A stretch of DNA of 61,290 nucleotides from positions 1 to 61,290 of the forward strand of contig CAZUWR010000004.1 of the NCBI GenBank assembly GCA_964624415.1. The letters run 5' to 3'. Under the pieces are notes generated by a model. That model was not told the origin of the DNA, searched no databases, and saw only the letters and a program-made list of their open reading frames with translations. The translations under genes and the position numbers were made by a program. Origin of the DNA: an uncultured Bdellovibrionales bacterium (GTDB lineage Bacteria > Patescibacteriota > Minisyncoccia > Moranbacterales > UBA1568). Below are positions 39,467 to 48,200 of this stretch, piece after piece; position 1 is the stretch's first letter, and every line of letters starts with the position of its first letter.

Positions 39467-39698
39467 AGGCTGGTAAAAAAATTTAATTTGTTAAAGAGTC
39501 TTCGAGTGTTATTTCTTATAATATAAGTCACTGCTCGAAAAAATAGTTTAGCATAAAAAAGAGTCGATGTCAAGCAATTTCATCGATTATGGCTTATAAA
39601 AGCCACTCAGAAATGACGCTTTTCGAGCCGGTATTCTCAATCCATCTATCTTGCCCTATAATGCCCATACAAGCCTAATTTACTTCATACGAAACGTT

Positions 39699-41039
39699 AT
39701 GATCAATAAGTCCATATTCAAAGCCTATGACATCCGAGGTGTCTATCCGAGCGAAATCAACGAAGAAGCCGCCTACGCCATCGGTCGCGCCGCCGCCCAG
39801 CATTTCAAGGCCAAGACCATCGCCATCGGGCGCGATGCGCGACAGTCGAGCCCAGCGCTGTTTGCAGAGCTCTCCCGAGGTATTATGGACGCCGGCTGCG
39901 ATGTCATCGATCTAGGCATCCTCACCACCCCGATGGTGTACTTCGCCGCTTGGAAAGTGGCGCAGGCGGATATGGTGATTTCCGTCACCGCCTCGCACAA
40001 TCCCCCACAGTACAACGGTATGAAATTTGCGCTCAAAAACGCTATCCCCGTCGGCGAGAACAGCGGACTCAATGAAATCCGAGATATCGCGCTCGCAGGA
40101 ACATTTGAAGAAGTGTCCACGCAAGGCACACTCTCCGCTCAGGACATCAAGCCGGAATACTATGACTATTTCGCTTCCTTCGCGAATTTCGGCGACAAGC
40201 AATTCACCATCGTCATCGACACAGCCAATGCTATGGGCGTGCTTGAGCTGGAAGTCTACAAACGCTTCCCGAACAACCTGCACATCGTCAACCTCTACGA
40301 TGATCTGGAGCATCCCTTCTCCGCGCACGAAGCCAACCCTCTCCGATTAGACACCCTTGAAGAACTTCAGGCCAAGGTGGTGGAAATCGGTGCGGACTTC
40401 GGCATCGCGTTCGACGGTGATGCTGACCGTGTCGGCTTCGTCGATGAAAAAGGAGAGATCATCCCGATGGATTTCGCCACCGGTATGCTCGCTAAAGAAA
40501 TCCTACGCACCAATGCGGGGGCAACCGTTCTCTACGACCTGCGATCTTCCAAAGCCGTCAAAGAGGTCATCGAAGAAAACGGTGGTGTGGCTATCGAATG
40601 CCGCGTCGGACACTCCAATATCAAAAAACAGATGCGCGAAGACGGCGCGCTCTTTGCCGGCGAGCTTTCGGGCCACTACTATTTCAAAGAAAACTCCTAC
40701 GCCGAAGCGGGAACGCTCGCATCCCTCATCCTCCTCAATCTGATGACAGAAACCGGCAAGAAAATGTCCGAGCTCTCTTCGGATCTCAAGCGCTATTTCC
40801 ATTCCGGAGAAATCAACAGTGATGTCGAAGATAAAGATGCTGTCCTCGCTACCCTCAAAGAAAAATATGCTGATGGCGAGATGCATGAGCTTGACGGCCT
40901 CAAGGTGACCTATCCGACCTGGTGGTTCAATGTCCGCCCTTCCAACACCGAGCCGCTCCTGCGCCTCAATATGGAAGCCGATACCAAGGAATTAATGGAA
41001 GAGAAGCGCAACGAACTCCTCGCTATCATCCGAGGCTAG
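39699..41039 (+). CDS. phosphomannomutase/phosphoglucomutase
   Basis: ORF 39651..41039 trimmed to MINKSIFKAYDIRGVY. Phosphoserine loop VTASHNPPQYNGMKF, metal loop FDGDADRVGF, GELSGHYYF. 446 aa. Confidence 0.9.
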   Translation: MINKSIFKAYDIRGVYPSEINEEAAYAIGRAAAQHFKAKTIAIGRDARQSSPALFAELSRGIMDAGCDVIDLGILTTPMVYFAAWKVAQADMVISVTASHNPPQYNGMKFALKNAIPVGENSGLNEIRDIALAGTFEEVSTQGTLSAQDIKPEYYDYFASFANFGDKQFTIVIDTANAMGVLELEVYKRFPNNLHIVNLYDDLEHPFSAHEANPLRLDTLEELQAKVVEIGADFGIAFDGDADRVGFVDEKGEIIPMDFATGMLAKEILRTNAGATVLYDLRSSKAVKEVIEENGGVAIECRVGHSNIKKQMREDGALFAGELSGHYYFKENSYAEAGTLASLILLNLMTETGKKMSELSSDLKRYFHSGEINSDVEDKDAVLATLKEKYADGEMHELDGLKVTYPTWWFNVRPSNTEPLLRLNMEADTKELMEEKRNELLAIIRG

Positions 41040-41228
41040 TCAAAAGAAAAATCTTAGGGTATACTAGAAGCGAAAAGCCTTCAGAACAGAGATTCGAAAA
41101 ACTGAAACCCACCTGTTAGTCAGGGAAAATTATTTTTTCCGATGTTATAATTTTTGGGATTCATCCGTTTCTCTCGCATTGAGGGCTTTTTACTTACAAA
41201 ACCCTCCGCATAAAACTTATTCTTCCTT

Positions 41229-42392
41229 ATGACTCATACATGGCTCCAGAAACTCACTGCCAAATTTGATCGCACCATTCACCGTGTGCAACTCGCGCAC
41301 GCCCTGCACTCCGTTGCACTTTCTTTTGTCGGCATCTATGTGCCGGTCTTTTTGCTGACACATGGCTTTTCACTCATCGGAACCATTTTCTTTTTCATTG
41401 TCTTCCATCTCGTCGGTCTCGCTCTCGGACTCACACTCTGCCCCTTTCTTATGCGTCGATGGGGACTCGTACAAACACTGCGTCTTTCGTATCCGATACA
41501 GATAGCCTTCTTTATCACGCTCAATCTGATGCCGACTGCAGATATTCCTTGGTATGTGGTCGCATCATTGGGAGGAATGGCCACCTTTTTGTACTGGATG
41601 CCGCTCAATATCCTCCTCGTCAAGTATGCGGATGAGAAAAAAATGGGAAGCGATATGGGGATGTTCTTCGCTCTGCCGAAAATATTCGGTGTCGCTGGGC
41701 CACTTATCAGCGCTCTCCTTATACCGTTTTTCGGATTTTGGCCGATGTTCATCGTCAGCGGCATCGGACTGCTCATCGCCTATACGCCGTTACTGGGTCT
41801 TCAAAAAGAAAATCTCTCAGTGGATTTTAGATTTTCGCAAGCCCTTGAGAAAATAAAGAAACGCAAGCTTCTCTTTTTTCTGGAAGGCTTCGACAATATC
41901 ATCGAAGAATCCGAATGGTTTTGGGGCATCCTCGTCTTCTTGGTCATCGGCTCACTCTCGGCACCGGGCATTGTCGGCGGATTAGAATCCCTGGGCGGCG
42001 CACTCTTCGCCCTTCTTGTTGGAAAACACGCCAATAAAAGCGCGCTCAAGCTCATTCCCCTCGCCTCCGTCGGATTGATCATTCTCTGGATATCGCGATT
42101 CTTTATCGAAAGCCCTCTGTCGGCGTACCTCATCACCATCGTCACCTCATTTGTCATGACACTCTTCCTTGTTTCATACTTCAGCCTCATTTACAAAAAT
42201 ATCAAGAATGATGACGAGGAAACATTCCTTATTCTTCGAGAAATCCCCACGGTGATCGGCCGTATGATAGTGTTTGGCATCATTATCCTGGTCGCCTCCC
42301 ATCCGAAACAATTCTTCATCCTTCCGATCGCGACTATACTCTTTTTATTGTTGTTTTTCTTTATCAAACGAAAAAGGCTCTTAGCAGTATAA
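41229..42392 (+). CDS. MFS-type transporter-like polytopic membrane protein
   Basis: 387 aa with ~11-12 TM helices and a two-half architecture around a central loop (KIKKRKLLFF). No substrate can be inferred. Confidence 0.5.
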   Translation: MTHTWLQKLTAKFDRTIHRVQLAHALHSVALSFVGIYVPVFLLTHGFSLIGTIFFFIVFHLVGLALGLTLCPFLMRRWGLVQTLRLSYPIQIAFFITLNLMPTADIPWYVVASLGGMATFLYWMPLNILLVKYADEKKMGSDMGMFFALPKIFGVAGPLISALLIPFFGFWPMFIVSGIGLLIAYTPLLGLQKENLSVDFRFSQALEKIKKRKLLFFLEGFDNIIEESEWFWGILVFLVIGSLSAPGIVGGLESLGGALFALLVGKHANKSALKLIPLASVGLIILWISRFFIESPLSAYLITIVTSFVMTLFLVSYFSLIYKNIKNDDEETFLILREIPTVIGRMIVFGIIILVASHPKQFFILPIATILFLLLFFFIKRKRLLAV

Positions 42393-42422
42393 ATACCCGC
42401 AAGAGCCTTCGATACTCGCATA

Positions 42423-42746
42423 TCATTGTCCTCGTGTAATCTCAAAGCCAAGCTTCGTCCATTCATTGAGACCGCCCGTCACATTGACCGCATTCTCAAT
42501 TCCTAAATCTTCCAGGTTAGCGCAAGCTCTTTGACTACGATTGCCGCTTTGGCAATGTATATACACAGTATCGTATCGTCTGAGGTTTTCAAGATGTTTC
42601 TCGATCTCATCCAGTGGCATACTCACCACACCCGGAATACGTACCGTGGTATATTCCTCCGGTGTCCGCACATCGATGACCAGGATATTACCTCGCTCCT
42701 TGGTTTCTAAAACAGCCTGAAGTTCCTGAATGGAAATGTGTTTCAT
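42423..42746 (-). CDS. rhodanese-like domain protein
   Basis: ORF trimmed to MKHISIQELQAVLE...ILVIDVRTPEEY...VYIHCQSGNRSQRA (active-site Cys loop) ...GGLNEW. 107 aa. Confidence 0.85.
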   Translation of the reverse strand: MKHISIQELQAVLETKERGNILVIDVRTPEEYTTVRIPGVVSMPLDEIEKHLENLRRYDTVYIHCQSGNRSQRACANLEDLGIENAVNVTGGLNEWTKLGFEITRGQ

Positions 42747-42780
42747 AGTATAAAAATTACTGCTTACGCTTGTTCTTTGA

Positions 42781-42913
42781 GTAACTGTCTGCAATATTTT
42801 CGTTTTTTGCTTTTGCAGAGTGTTTTTTCGAACTGCCGGGTCAAAGACGAAAGGCGAGAAAAAATACTATACAAAAGCCAAAAAATAAGAGGAAAAAGAT
42901 TTTAGACAGTTAC
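42781..42913. other. ~133-nt imperfect hairpin upstream of the rhodanese gene
   Basis: GTAACTGTCT (42781-42790) is the exact reverse complement of AGACAGTTAC (42904-42913). Interior pairings include TTTTTGCTTTTG / CAAAAGCCAAAAA and TCTGCAA / TTGCAGA. Confidence 0.4.
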
Positions 42914-42945
42914 CAAAACGATTTTACTGATCCATATATGATAGC

Positions 42946-42986
42946 ACAAAAAAATAAGGAGGGTGTCAAATAACGACGCCCTCCTT
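42946..42986 (-). terminator. rho-independent terminator of the CDP-alcohol phosphatidyltransferase gene
   Basis: Minus strand reads AAGGAGGGCGTC-GTTATTT-GACACCCTCCTT followed by ATTTTTTTG. It starts ~10 nt past the stop at 42996. Confidence 0.7.
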
Positions 42987-42995
42987 TTCTTATCT

Positions 42996-43679
42996 TCACC
43001 CAAGGAGTTTTCTCCAATGGGCGAAACCATATGCCAATAAAGCGACTTCGCTCGCTATAACCATAAGAGCGAGCGGTATAATGGTATACTCGACGGATAG
43101 CCGATCAAACCAGTAGACCTGTGCGATGATGAAAAATGAACAGATCTGATGCATCATCATACGCAGCTTGCCAGCCCAATGAACTTCCACGGCTTCACGT
43201 TTCCGTATACGCAGCAGCCATGCTCCCGAAAACATGATAATGCCCTCGAAGATACCTATACCTGCCATAGGAATCAGTATATCGGAACCGAAAAGCCACC
43301 ACATATTCACGAGCGTAACGCCGACATCGCAACGATCCCGAAAAGGATCGATACGCTTACCCAGATAGGTATGTCGCTTATCAAACTTATCAGCTACCCA
43401 TCCATCGAGAGCATCTGAAACCGCCACAAAAATCTGCAACACCGGAATCCATATTTTATGTGTTCCAGTCACAAAAAAATACATCCGGACGAATACGGCG
43501 ATAAGCCCGGAAACTGTAATCGCATTTGCGGCTGTGAGCTTCTCGTCTGTTACAGGAAAGGTAGATGCATTCCTTCCCGTAAAACGATCTGTAAGGAAGC
43601 TCCAAGTCCTGTATACTTTTCCGTTAAGATCAATTGTTGTTAAAAAACTATACCTCTGTGCAATATTCATATCCCTCAC
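42996..43679 (-). CDS. CDP-alcohol phosphatidyltransferase family protein
   Basis: DALDGWVADKFDKRHTYLGKRIDPFRDRCD fits D-x2-D-G-x2-A-R/K...G-x3-D-x3-D. Multiple TM helices. 227 aa. Confidence 0.78.
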   Translation of the reverse strand: MRDMNIAQRYSFLTTIDLNGKVYRTWSFLTDRFTGRNASTFPVTDEKLTAANAITVSGLIAVFVRMYFFVTGTHKIWIPVLQIFVAVSDALDGWVADKFDKRHTYLGKRIDPFRDRCDVGVTLVNMWWLFGSDILIPMAGIGIFEGIIMFSGAWLLRIRKREAVEVHWAGKLRMMMHQICSFFIIAQVYWFDRLSVEYTIIPLALMVIASEVALLAYGFAHWRKLLG

Positions 43680-43770
43680 CCCTCGTCGATTTGAAAAAAT
43701 TTATTTCTTGTATGGAAACAAGCTCACAACTACCAATTACGGTAGACTGCGCGACTCATTTCGTAATAGA

Positions 43771-43799
43771 ACCATACTCCATATCACGTATTTTGTCAA
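43771..43799 (-). promoter_or_regulatory. sigma70-like promoter for the 42996..43679 gene
   Basis: Minus strand reads TTGACA-17 nt-TATGGT (-35 at 43794-43799, -10 at 43771-43776). Confidence 0.5.
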
Positions 43800-43821
43800 G
43801 TATCTTCCCCTCACGAAACGC

Positions 43822-43854
43822 AAAAACACCCCGACCGAAGCCGGGGCGTTTTTT
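43822..43854. terminator. rho-independent terminator of rnj (A/T-flanked, bidirectional)
   Basis: AAAAACACCCCGAC-CGAA-GCCGGGGCGTTTTTT, ending 14 nt from the rnj stop. Confidence 0.8.
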
Positions 43855-43867
43855 GAATGTGGCAGGA

Positions 43868-46129
43868 TTACACCTCGATCACGACCGGGAGCACCATCGG
43901 GCGCCTTTCGGTTTTGGTGAAGAGGAATTGTCCGACCACCTCGCGGATATTGTTTTCGATCGTGCGCCAATCGATAGAGGTGTCTTTGGACGTATTGTCC
44001 TTGACCACCTTGAGGACTTTACGCTTCGTCTCATTGACGAGGTCGAAGTTTTCCTTGACGTGGATGAAGCCGCGGGACGTGATCTGCACATTACCGAGCA
44101 CCTTCTTGGTCTTGTGATCCACAAGCACCGTGATGGCGATCATGCCGTCTTGCGACAGCATCTGTCGGTCGCGGAGCACCACATGCCCGATATCGCCGAT
44201 ACCCAGTCCATCCACGAAGACATAGCTGGTGTCGATTTTCTTGGGCAAGAGCTTGACGGATTGTCCGTCGTTCTCCAGGATATGCCCGTTGTCCATCACG
44301 AAGACCTTGTCTTTCGAATAGCCGTTCTTGTAGGCCAATTTCGCGGCTTCCTTGAGGAAGAAGTGATTACCGTACACCGGGATGAAATAGGTCGGCTTGA
44401 CCTGATGAAGCATCTCGATGATACCGCTCGCGGTACTGTGGCCGCCGATATGGATGTCCATGATATCGCTGTGGATGACATTTTCGCACTTACGGTAGAG
44501 ATTGTCCTTCAATCGCTGGACGCTACGCTCATTGCCCGGGATGACTGAAGATGAGAAGACGACCGTATCGGTACGCTGCAATTTAATGAAGCGATGATTG
44601 TCCGTCACCATACGAGACAGGGCCGCGTTCACTTCGCCCTGCGCACCCGTACAGATGACCACGACTTTATTATCGGGATACTTGTGGATATCGCTGGTTG
44701 GGATAAGTGTGTCTTGTTTGATCTTGATATAGCCGAGTTCTTTGGCAATCTCGACATTGTTTTTCATACTGTAGCCCTCAAGTGCCACTTTCTTGCCAAG
44801 CTGTTCAGCATATTCCAACAGATAGCTCACGCGACGCACTTGTGACGCGAAAGTCGCGATGATGAGTCGTCCGGGAGCTTGTTCCATCAATTGCTGGAAA
44901 TTCTTGTGCACCTGCGTCTCTGACGGTGGCAGGCCTTTCTTGACCGCTCCGAGGCTTTCAAGCATCAAAAAGGTCGGCTTTGGCAAAAGTGCCAGATGTT
45001 CATAGCTGAGCGGATGCGGATCGATTGGCTCATTGCTGATGGTCCAATCACCCATATGAATAACGGTTCCGACCGGTGTCTCCAACGTAATACCGATAGC
45101 ATCCATAATGGAGTGCTCGACTTCGAAGAACTTCACGGTAAAGATACCGAGCTTCATCACATCATCGAGCGTCTTAACGCGGATCATCTTGAGGCGCGCT
45201 GCCGCTCCCCGTTCCTGATCATCCACCTTGTGCTTGATAAGCGCGAGCGTAAAATCACGACCGATAATAGTCGGGTAATTGAGCTGTCGCAAAAGAATCG
45301 GTGCGGCTCCGATATGGTCGAGGTGTCCGTGCGTAAAGATAACGCCGCGGATCAGATGCTCCTTGCCTTTCAGGTAGCTTACATTCGGGACGATATAGTC
45401 GATACCTGGCATATCTTCCTCACCGAACTGCAATCCCATATCGATAATGACGATATCGTTACCGTATTCAAAGATGGTCATATTGCGACCCACTTCCTCT
45501 TGTCCTCCGACAGGAATGATGCGCAATTTATTCTTGCCACTACCCAAAGTCACAGGCTTTCGAGCTGGTATAATGCGAGGCGTCTGCCCTTCGGATACAA
45601 CAGGACGCGCCGGCCTTGGTGCTTGCGGCATACGCGGAGACGAAAATTTCTTATCCGGCTCAAATGAAAGCGCTGGAATTTCTTCACGCTTCGGTGCTGG
45701 TGTCTGTGCTATTTTCCCAACCGACTTAAGGCTCTGCACGATCGCTGCCGCACTTCGCACCGGCGCTACCGGAGCTGAGGCAGGAACGGTCGTTGTCAGA
45801 GGTCGCTCTGGAGTTTTTTCCTGAAAACGCCTTGGTTCGTTGCTTTTGAATGCAGGACGTCCTTGCACTGGCCGCGCTTGACGCTGGGCCGGTGCCGGAA
45901 CAAGAGGCGCCTTTTGAACCGATGGCGCTACCTGAGGCGCGACTCCGGTTCGCTTTGAAATGAGATTATCAAAAAACGCTTCGCTTGAATCTCTGTCACT
46001 ACCGTGTTGTGGTGCTACAGCACCTTCCTTTTTAAAGGGACGATTGCCGCTTTGCGGTGTATTGTTTCTACTAAACATATATTTTCTTCTTTTTCTCTCT
46101 TTATCCCAGGAAAAGGTATCGTACGCCAA
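43868..46129 (-). CDS. rnj: ribonuclease J with ~200-aa low-complexity N-terminal extension
   Basis: From residue ~201: LRIIPVGGQEEVGRNMTIFEYGNDIVIIDMG, VIFTHGHLDHIGA (metallo-beta-lactamase HxHxDH), then beta-CASP and the RNase J C-terminal domain. TTG start per the ORF track, preceded by GGGGAGG. Residues 1-200 are Pro/Ala/Gln/Arg-rich. Confidence 0.9.
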   Translation of the reverse strand: MAYDTFSWDKERKRRKYMFSRNNTPQSGNRPFKKEGAVAPQHGSDRDSSEAFFDNLISKRTGVAPQVAPSVQKAPLVPAPAQRQARPVQGRPAFKSNEPRRFQEKTPERPLTTTVPASAPVAPVRSAAAIVQSLKSVGKIAQTPAPKREEIPALSFEPDKKFSSPRMPQAPRPARPVVSEGQTPRIIPARKPVTLGSGKNKLRIIPVGGQEEVGRNMTIFEYGNDIVIIDMGLQFGEEDMPGIDYIVPNVSYLKGKEHLIRGVIFTHGHLDHIGAAPILLRQLNYPTIIGRDFTLALIKHKVDDQERGAAARLKMIRVKTLDDVMKLGIFTVKFFEVEHSIMDAIGITLETPVGTVIHMGDWTISNEPIDPHPLSYEHLALLPKPTFLMLESLGAVKKGLPPSETQVHKNFQQLMEQAPGRLIIATFASQVRRVSYLLEYAEQLGKKVALEGYSMKNNVEIAKELGYIKIKQDTLIPTSDIHKYPDNKVVVICTGAQGEVNAALSRMVTDNHRFIKLQRTDTVVFSSSVIPGNERSVQRLKDNLYRKCENVIHSDIMDIHIGGHSTASGIIEMLHQVKPTYFIPVYGNHFFLKEAAKLAYKNGYSKDKVFVMDNGHILENDGQSVKLLPKKIDTSYVFVDGLGIGDIGHVVLRDRQMLSQDGMIAITVLVDHKTKKVLGNVQITSRGFIHVKENFDLVNETKRKVLKVVKDNTSKDTSIDWRTIENNIREVVGQFLFTKTERRPMVLPVVIEV

Positions 46130-46320
46130 TGGCGACGACCTCCCCTTGAACAGAGAAATGTTTTTACTAAAAAATTATTACTGTCCGTTCTATTTGAAAG
46201 AACGAACGTGATTATCAAGTGAAATGTCAAAAATTCAAGAATATATTCTTTCTTCTTCAAAGATTGATCGACAACAAGAAAAGAGAACAGCTCTCTTGAG
46301 ACATATTTACACTGAGAAAG

Positions 46321-46367
46321 TGCCTTGAGGGAGACTCGAACTCCCATTCCCTTGCGGGATCCTTCTG
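46321..46367 (-). pseudogene. tRNA-derived 3' fragment (anticodon-stem 3' strand, long variable arm, T arm, acceptor 3' strand, discriminator A)
   Basis: Minus strand reads CAGAA-GGATCCCGCAAGGGAAT-GGGAG TTCGAGT CTCCC-TCAAGGC-A. It has a canonical T arm and a GNRA-capped variable arm typical of type-II tRNAs. No matching 5' acceptor strand lies within the adjacent 70 nt. Confidence 0.6.
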
Positions 46368-46393
46368 ATTTCTTTCTTTTTTGCAGATATCGG

Positions 46394-46477
46394 TGGGGAT
46401 AGAGAGACTCGAACTCTCACAGTATCGCTACCACTGGCACCTGAAGCCAGCGTGTCTACCAATTCCACCATATCCCC
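46394..46477 (-). tRNA. tRNA-Leu (anticodon CAG)
   Basis: Hand-folded cloverleaf:
- acceptor GGGGATA/TATCCCC
- D arm GTG-GAATTGGTAGA-CAC
- anticodon arm CTGGC-TTCAGGT-GCCAG (CAG)
- long variable arm
- T arm GAGAG-TTCGAGT-CTCTC
- discriminator A; CCA not encoded. Confidence 0.9.
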
Positions 46478-46667
46478 AATATACGCAGAAATCATCGGGA
46501 TGCGGATTACCTCTTCCGCTATTCAAGGCAAAATGCAACCAAAGCCACCAGACTGAACGGTTACATTATGCGATTGTGCTAAAGAAAACCAAGAAACTCT
46601 TTACATGAGTGTAGCATGCTCTGTGCAAAAAGTCAATGAAAAAACCGAATAAAGGCTAATAATAGCT

Positions 46668-48053
46668 CTATTTCCTGTTATACTGGTCGTCGTATCGGAC
46701 GATATCATCCTCCTCCAGATACGTCCCGGTCTGCACTTCGATAATCTCTAACACTTCCTTTCCTGGATTTTCCAGGCGATGCTTATGCGTCTTTGGCACA
46801 TAGGTACTCTCCGATTCGCTCAAAAAAGTCTCCGTTTCACCATTGACGATCTTGGCTGTCCCCTTCACCACCACCCAGTGCTCGGCACGGTGAAAGTGTG
46901 ATTGTAAGCTCAATTTCGCACCAGGATACACGATGATTTTTTTCACTTTATGTGTCGGGGTATCCAAGAGTATTTCATACCTCCCCCACGGACGGTATCC
47001 GATCAACTGCTGATCAACCTCTTTAGCCCCATCCGCTTTCAACTTCGCGACCACTTTTTTTACATCCTCGCTTCGGCCGCGTTTTTGAATCAAGATGCTA
47101 TCATTGTTTTCGATCACGATCAAATCCTCGACACCAAGTGTCGCCACCAAACGATTGCTCGTACTGTGCACGAAGACGTTCTTAGAATCGATCTCGATAT
47201 GGCGCGTCTCGATCGAATCGTTTTTCTCCGCGATTTCCGCCAAGCTGTCGAAGGATCCGATATCGTTCCAATCAAAACTCCCCTCAAAAACGACCACCTT
47301 ATCGGATTTTTCCGAAAGCGCATTATCAATAGAAAGCTCTGGAAGCGCCGTGAAGGTTTCAAGAAAATCTTCCAAAGGCTGTTCGACTGCCAACGTATAC
47401 TCCGGGGCATGCTTTTGCAATTCTTTGAAAAAGGTCTGCGCATTAAACAAATACATTCCCGAATTCCAAACATACTCGCCCGAAGCGATATACTGCTCTG
47501 CAGTTGTGTGATCCGGTTTTTCCTTAAACTCCGCTACCTGCGCATATCCCTTGTGCTTAGCGCCTTTCTTGATATATCCATACCCGGTTTCCGGTTTGGT
47601 AGCGACGATGCCGATCGTACCGATGGCATCTCCCACGCATTCACCTGCCTTTTCCAGCACTTCCGCAAAGGCTTCTTTATTACCGATATAGTGATCCGCC
47701 GGCAGAAAGACTACGGGCGTATCGAGTGATGCGCCGCCTTTCTCGATCAGGTGTTTCATAGCATAGAGAATCGCCGGGGCGGTATTGAGGCTGGCCGGCT
47801 CAATCAAGACACGACTCTGATCGAAGTGTTCGTCGATATCGCGTATCTGATTGATGACATTGAACAAATTCTGATCATTGGTCACGAAAAAAATATGCTT
47901 GCTGGGCACGACCTGTCGCACACGAAGGTAAGTTTCTTGCAATAAAGACTTATCACTGTACAGGCTAAGGAATTGCTTGGGAAAATTCTTACGAGAAAGC
48001 GGCCACAAACGCGTTCCGAATCCACCGCACAAAATGACAGCATACATAGGCAT
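46668..48053 (-). CDS. mannose-1-phosphate guanylyltransferase / mannose-6-phosphate isomerase (bifunctional type)
   Basis: MPMYAVILCGGFGTRLWPLSRKNFPKQFL nucleotidyltransferase N-terminus. C-terminal cupin RPWGRYEIL...LSLQSHFHRAEHWVVVKG. ORF track start 48158 trimmed to the Met just before the G-rich loop. Confidence 0.88.
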   Translation of the reverse strand: MPMYAVILCGGFGTRLWPLSRKNFPKQFLSLYSDKSLLQETYLRVRQVVPSKHIFFVTNDQNLFNVINQIRDIDEHFDQSRVLIEPASLNTAPAILYAMKHLIEKGGASLDTPVVFLPADHYIGNKEAFAEVLEKAGECVGDAIGTIGIVATKPETGYGYIKKGAKHKGYAQVAEFKEKPDHTTAEQYIASGEYVWNSGMYLFNAQTFFKELQKHAPEYTLAVEQPLEDFLETFTALPELSIDNALSEKSDKVVVFEGSFDWNDIGSFDSLAEIAEKNDSIETRHIEIDSKNVFVHSTSNRLVATLGVEDLIVIENNDSILIQKRGRSEDVKKVVAKLKADGAKEVDQQLIGYRPWGRYEILLDTPTHKVKKIIVYPGAKLSLQSHFHRAEHWVVVKGTAKIVNGETETFLSESESTYVPKTHKHRLENPGKEVLEIIEVQTGTYLEEDDIVRYDDQYNRK

Positions 48054-48200
48054 TGGTTTTACAAGAGTTATATTCACCATAGACAAACCTGTACACTCAA
48101 TGTATCCGAATGGAAGCCCCCTGTCAAACGAGCGCGACAGATTGGTGACTCTCTGCAAAATATGCTACAATGCGCGCATAAACCCTTCAATGAACACGCT

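Noticed and set aside
46321-46393. Possibility that the T-arm-containing fragment is the 3' end of tmRNA or a complete 73-nt tRNA
   Set aside because: There is no GGGG-type 5' acceptor strand, no resume-codon or tag region, and the 73 nt after tRNA-Leu lack any 5' strand complementary to TCAAGGC. The would-be anticodon loop is 16 nt. I kept it only as a tRNA-derived fragment.
46307-46495. 62-aa ORF across the tRNA locus
   Set aside because: It is the translation of the tRNA-Leu gene and the tRNA fragment, so it is not coding.
47973-48200. N-terminal 76 codons of track ORF 47973..49118
   Set aside because: This part overlaps the manC coding region on the other strand and reads as basic low-complexity sequence. 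A clean ATG at 48201 (METLPDLDAIV) follows a promoter-like TACAAT, so the gene was trimmed.
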